A stretch of 55,243 bases of DNA, the filler included, from Stramenopiles sp. TOSAG23-6 (lineage: Eukaryota), in assembly GCA_900128565.1 (NCBI GenBank). It is 2 parts of 2 records of this genome, joined end to end, with 100 filler letters (N's around TTAATTAATTAA, not from the genome) between each part and the next. Parts side by side here need not be neighbours in the genome. Positions count along the whole stretch, not along the records: positions 27,680 to 55,243 come from LT635981.1; 1 more part is not named here. One strand, given 5' to 3'. Position numbers and translations under genes: made by a program. Positions 53,753 to 55,243 of this stretch are shown here, in pieces. The first letter of the stretch is position 1. The number at the start of each line of letters is the position of its first letter. The notes beneath the pieces are model-generated. The model searched no databases and had not been told where the DNA came from. It saw only the letters and a list, made by a program, of their open reading frames with translations.

Positions 53753-55151
53753 ATGTTTGAGAAGAGTCTACATGACCTCGTCAAGGGTATACGTTCCCAC
53801 AAACGCGACGTAAGTGGTTATATCGACAAGTGTTTGTCGGAAATTAAAGTTGAGTTGCGTACAACAAATCCAAAGCTCAAAGTTCAGGCTATTCAAAAGT
53901 TGGTATATTTACAAGTTCTCGGGTATAGTGCGAATTGGGCTTCTTTTCATGTAGTTGAGGTTATGGCCCAGCCCTTATTTAAGCATAAGCGTATGGGATA
54001 TCTCGCAGCGGAGCAATGTTTCACCCCTCAAACAGATGTAATTCTACTGTGTACAAACTTACTTAAGAATCAGTTACATGCTTCAAATCAATATGAAATA
54101 GGATTGGCAATAAGTTGCCTGTCAAATATTGTCACTAAAGATTTGGCGAGAGATCTTCTAGGAGATATAGTTGCCATGTTAAGTAGTACTAGACCATATA
54201 TACGAAAGAAGGCCGTGCTAGTATTATATAAACTGTATCTTGCATACCCACAAGCCCTACGTCTATCATTCGAAAATTTAAAACAGAAACTTGAGGACGT
54301 CGATCCTTCAGTTGTTTCCTCTGCCGTTAATGTAATTTGCGAGTTATCGCGTAAAAACCCTAAAAATTATTTATCTTTGGCGCCACAGTTTTTCAAGTTA
54401 CTATTAACATCTACAAATAATTGGATGCTTATTAAAGTTGTGAAACTACTTGGTGAGTTGGTGTCAGAAGAGCCTCGATTAGCTCGGAAAATTTTACAGC
54501 CACTAGCACGTTTGATCAGAGCCACACCGGCAAAGTCTTTAATGTACGTTCTTATCGTGAAATTTCCACCTAAATTTTATTTTTCATAGAAAATTTTGTA
54601 CCTAACAAATTTCGAACGTAAAATATTTTGTAAAAATCATGTACGAATGTGTTCAAACTGTGACAACTTCCCTTAAATATACAGTACGTCAAGATGGAAA
54701 ACAAGCAAAAAATGTTGCTGAAATTGCTTCTCTTTGTATGGAAAAGTTGAAGGATTTCATTGAAGATCCTGATCAAAACTTGAAATATTTAGGTTTGATT
54801 GGTTTAGCCAATTTGATGCGCTCCCATCCAAAATTAGTATCAAAGCATAAAAGTCTTGTCCTTGAATGTCTTGATGATGGTGACGTCACTATTCGTCTTA
54901 GAGCTTTAGAATTAGTGACTGGTATTGTAACAAAACGAAGTCTTCAAAATATTGTTGACAAATTAATGCAACATTTGAGCTGTGCTGAAGGTCAATATCG
55001 TGATGAATTGATTAGTAAGATTGTGTTTATTTGTAGTCGAAATAAGTATTCATTTGTTTTAGATTTTGCGTGGTATATTACGATTCTTATAGATTTGGCG
55101 TATACAAAAGGAATGAAGCAAGGTGATCTTATCGCGGAACAATTAATTGAT
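53753..55151 (+). CDS. AP3D1: AP-3 complex subunit delta, 5' part (exons 53753-54543 and 54641-55151; continues beyond window)
   Basis: MFEKSLHDLVKGIR, NNWMLIKVVKL, EPRLARK, AKSLM|YECVQTV, DQNLKYLGL and DFAWYI. Confidence 0.95.
54544..54640 (+). other. Non-canonical intron I5, GT...AT (97 nt)
   Basis: TCT TTA AT|gtacgtt...aattttgtacctaac...taaaaatcat|G TAC GAA TGT restores the conserved SLxYEC motif. Branch A (54605) is 35 nt from the junction; the first downstream AG is at 54684. Confidence 0.9.
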
Positions 55152-55243
55152 GTATGTTTTATTTTTTTGAAAATTTGAATTTTGTTTTCGTACGAAATTT
55201 TGTACCTAACAATTTTTTTTAGATTTTTTTTTGAAATATTTTT
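55152..55243 (+). other. Non-canonical intron I6 (3' end truncated by window)
   Basis: ATT GAT|gtatgttttatt...ttcgtacgaaattttgtacctaac...gaaatattttt. Using the AG at 55222 would give ATT TTT TTT TGA, a stop. Confidence 0.8.

Noticed and set aside
55211-55234. Canonical-looking ttttttttag acceptor after the branch motif in I6 (similar AGs in I0 and I3)
   Set aside because: It leads to ATT TTT TTT TGA in AP3D1 and to a 22-nt frameshift in I3. In I0 it stays open but would add a poly-T-derived FFSNIFP peptide homologous to intron sequence. Homopolymer errors cannot be fully excluded.
1-55243. Similar sequences at both window ends suggesting a circular molecule or terminal repeats
   Set aside because: The copies are not identical and interrupt unrelated genes on different contigs. 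They are dispersed family members.

Overview
Gene-dense, AT-rich DNA from a unicellular eukaryote, probably a flagellate: it has a proteasome subunit, UBE2S, LSG1, AP-3 delta, a 3-repeat Myb, a MYCBPAP-like gene and TTAGGG-like motifs. The lineage cannot be assigned from sequence alone. The window is two contigs joined by an artificial 100-nt spacer (44 N + TTAATTAATTAA + 44 N, 27580-27679) and holds about 22 protein-coding genes. The main finding is a family of seven related ~95-105-nt introns, five complete and two cut by the window ends. They have ordinary GT donors (GTAHGT) and a conserved hairpin/branch motif (TTCGTACGAAATTTTGTACCTAAC) but no usable AG acceptor. Reading frames and protein conservation indicate GT...AT junctions, and one probable GT...TT. 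The last two intron bases always repeat the last two bases of the upstream exon, and the junction lies exactly 35 nt after the branch A in four of the five complete introns. Ordinary GT-AG introns occur in other genes. Other notable items are a 4321-aa type II membrane helical-repeat protein with a tandem paralog, a doubled Skp1-LRR protein, a MYCBPAP/pseudo-PGK fusion, a PH-GOLD-GOLD-SMP-C2-PH-PH protein, an H1-like/HMG-box fusion, and a 3-kb CpG-depleted decayed repeat island. All protein calls are by eye; no searches were run.
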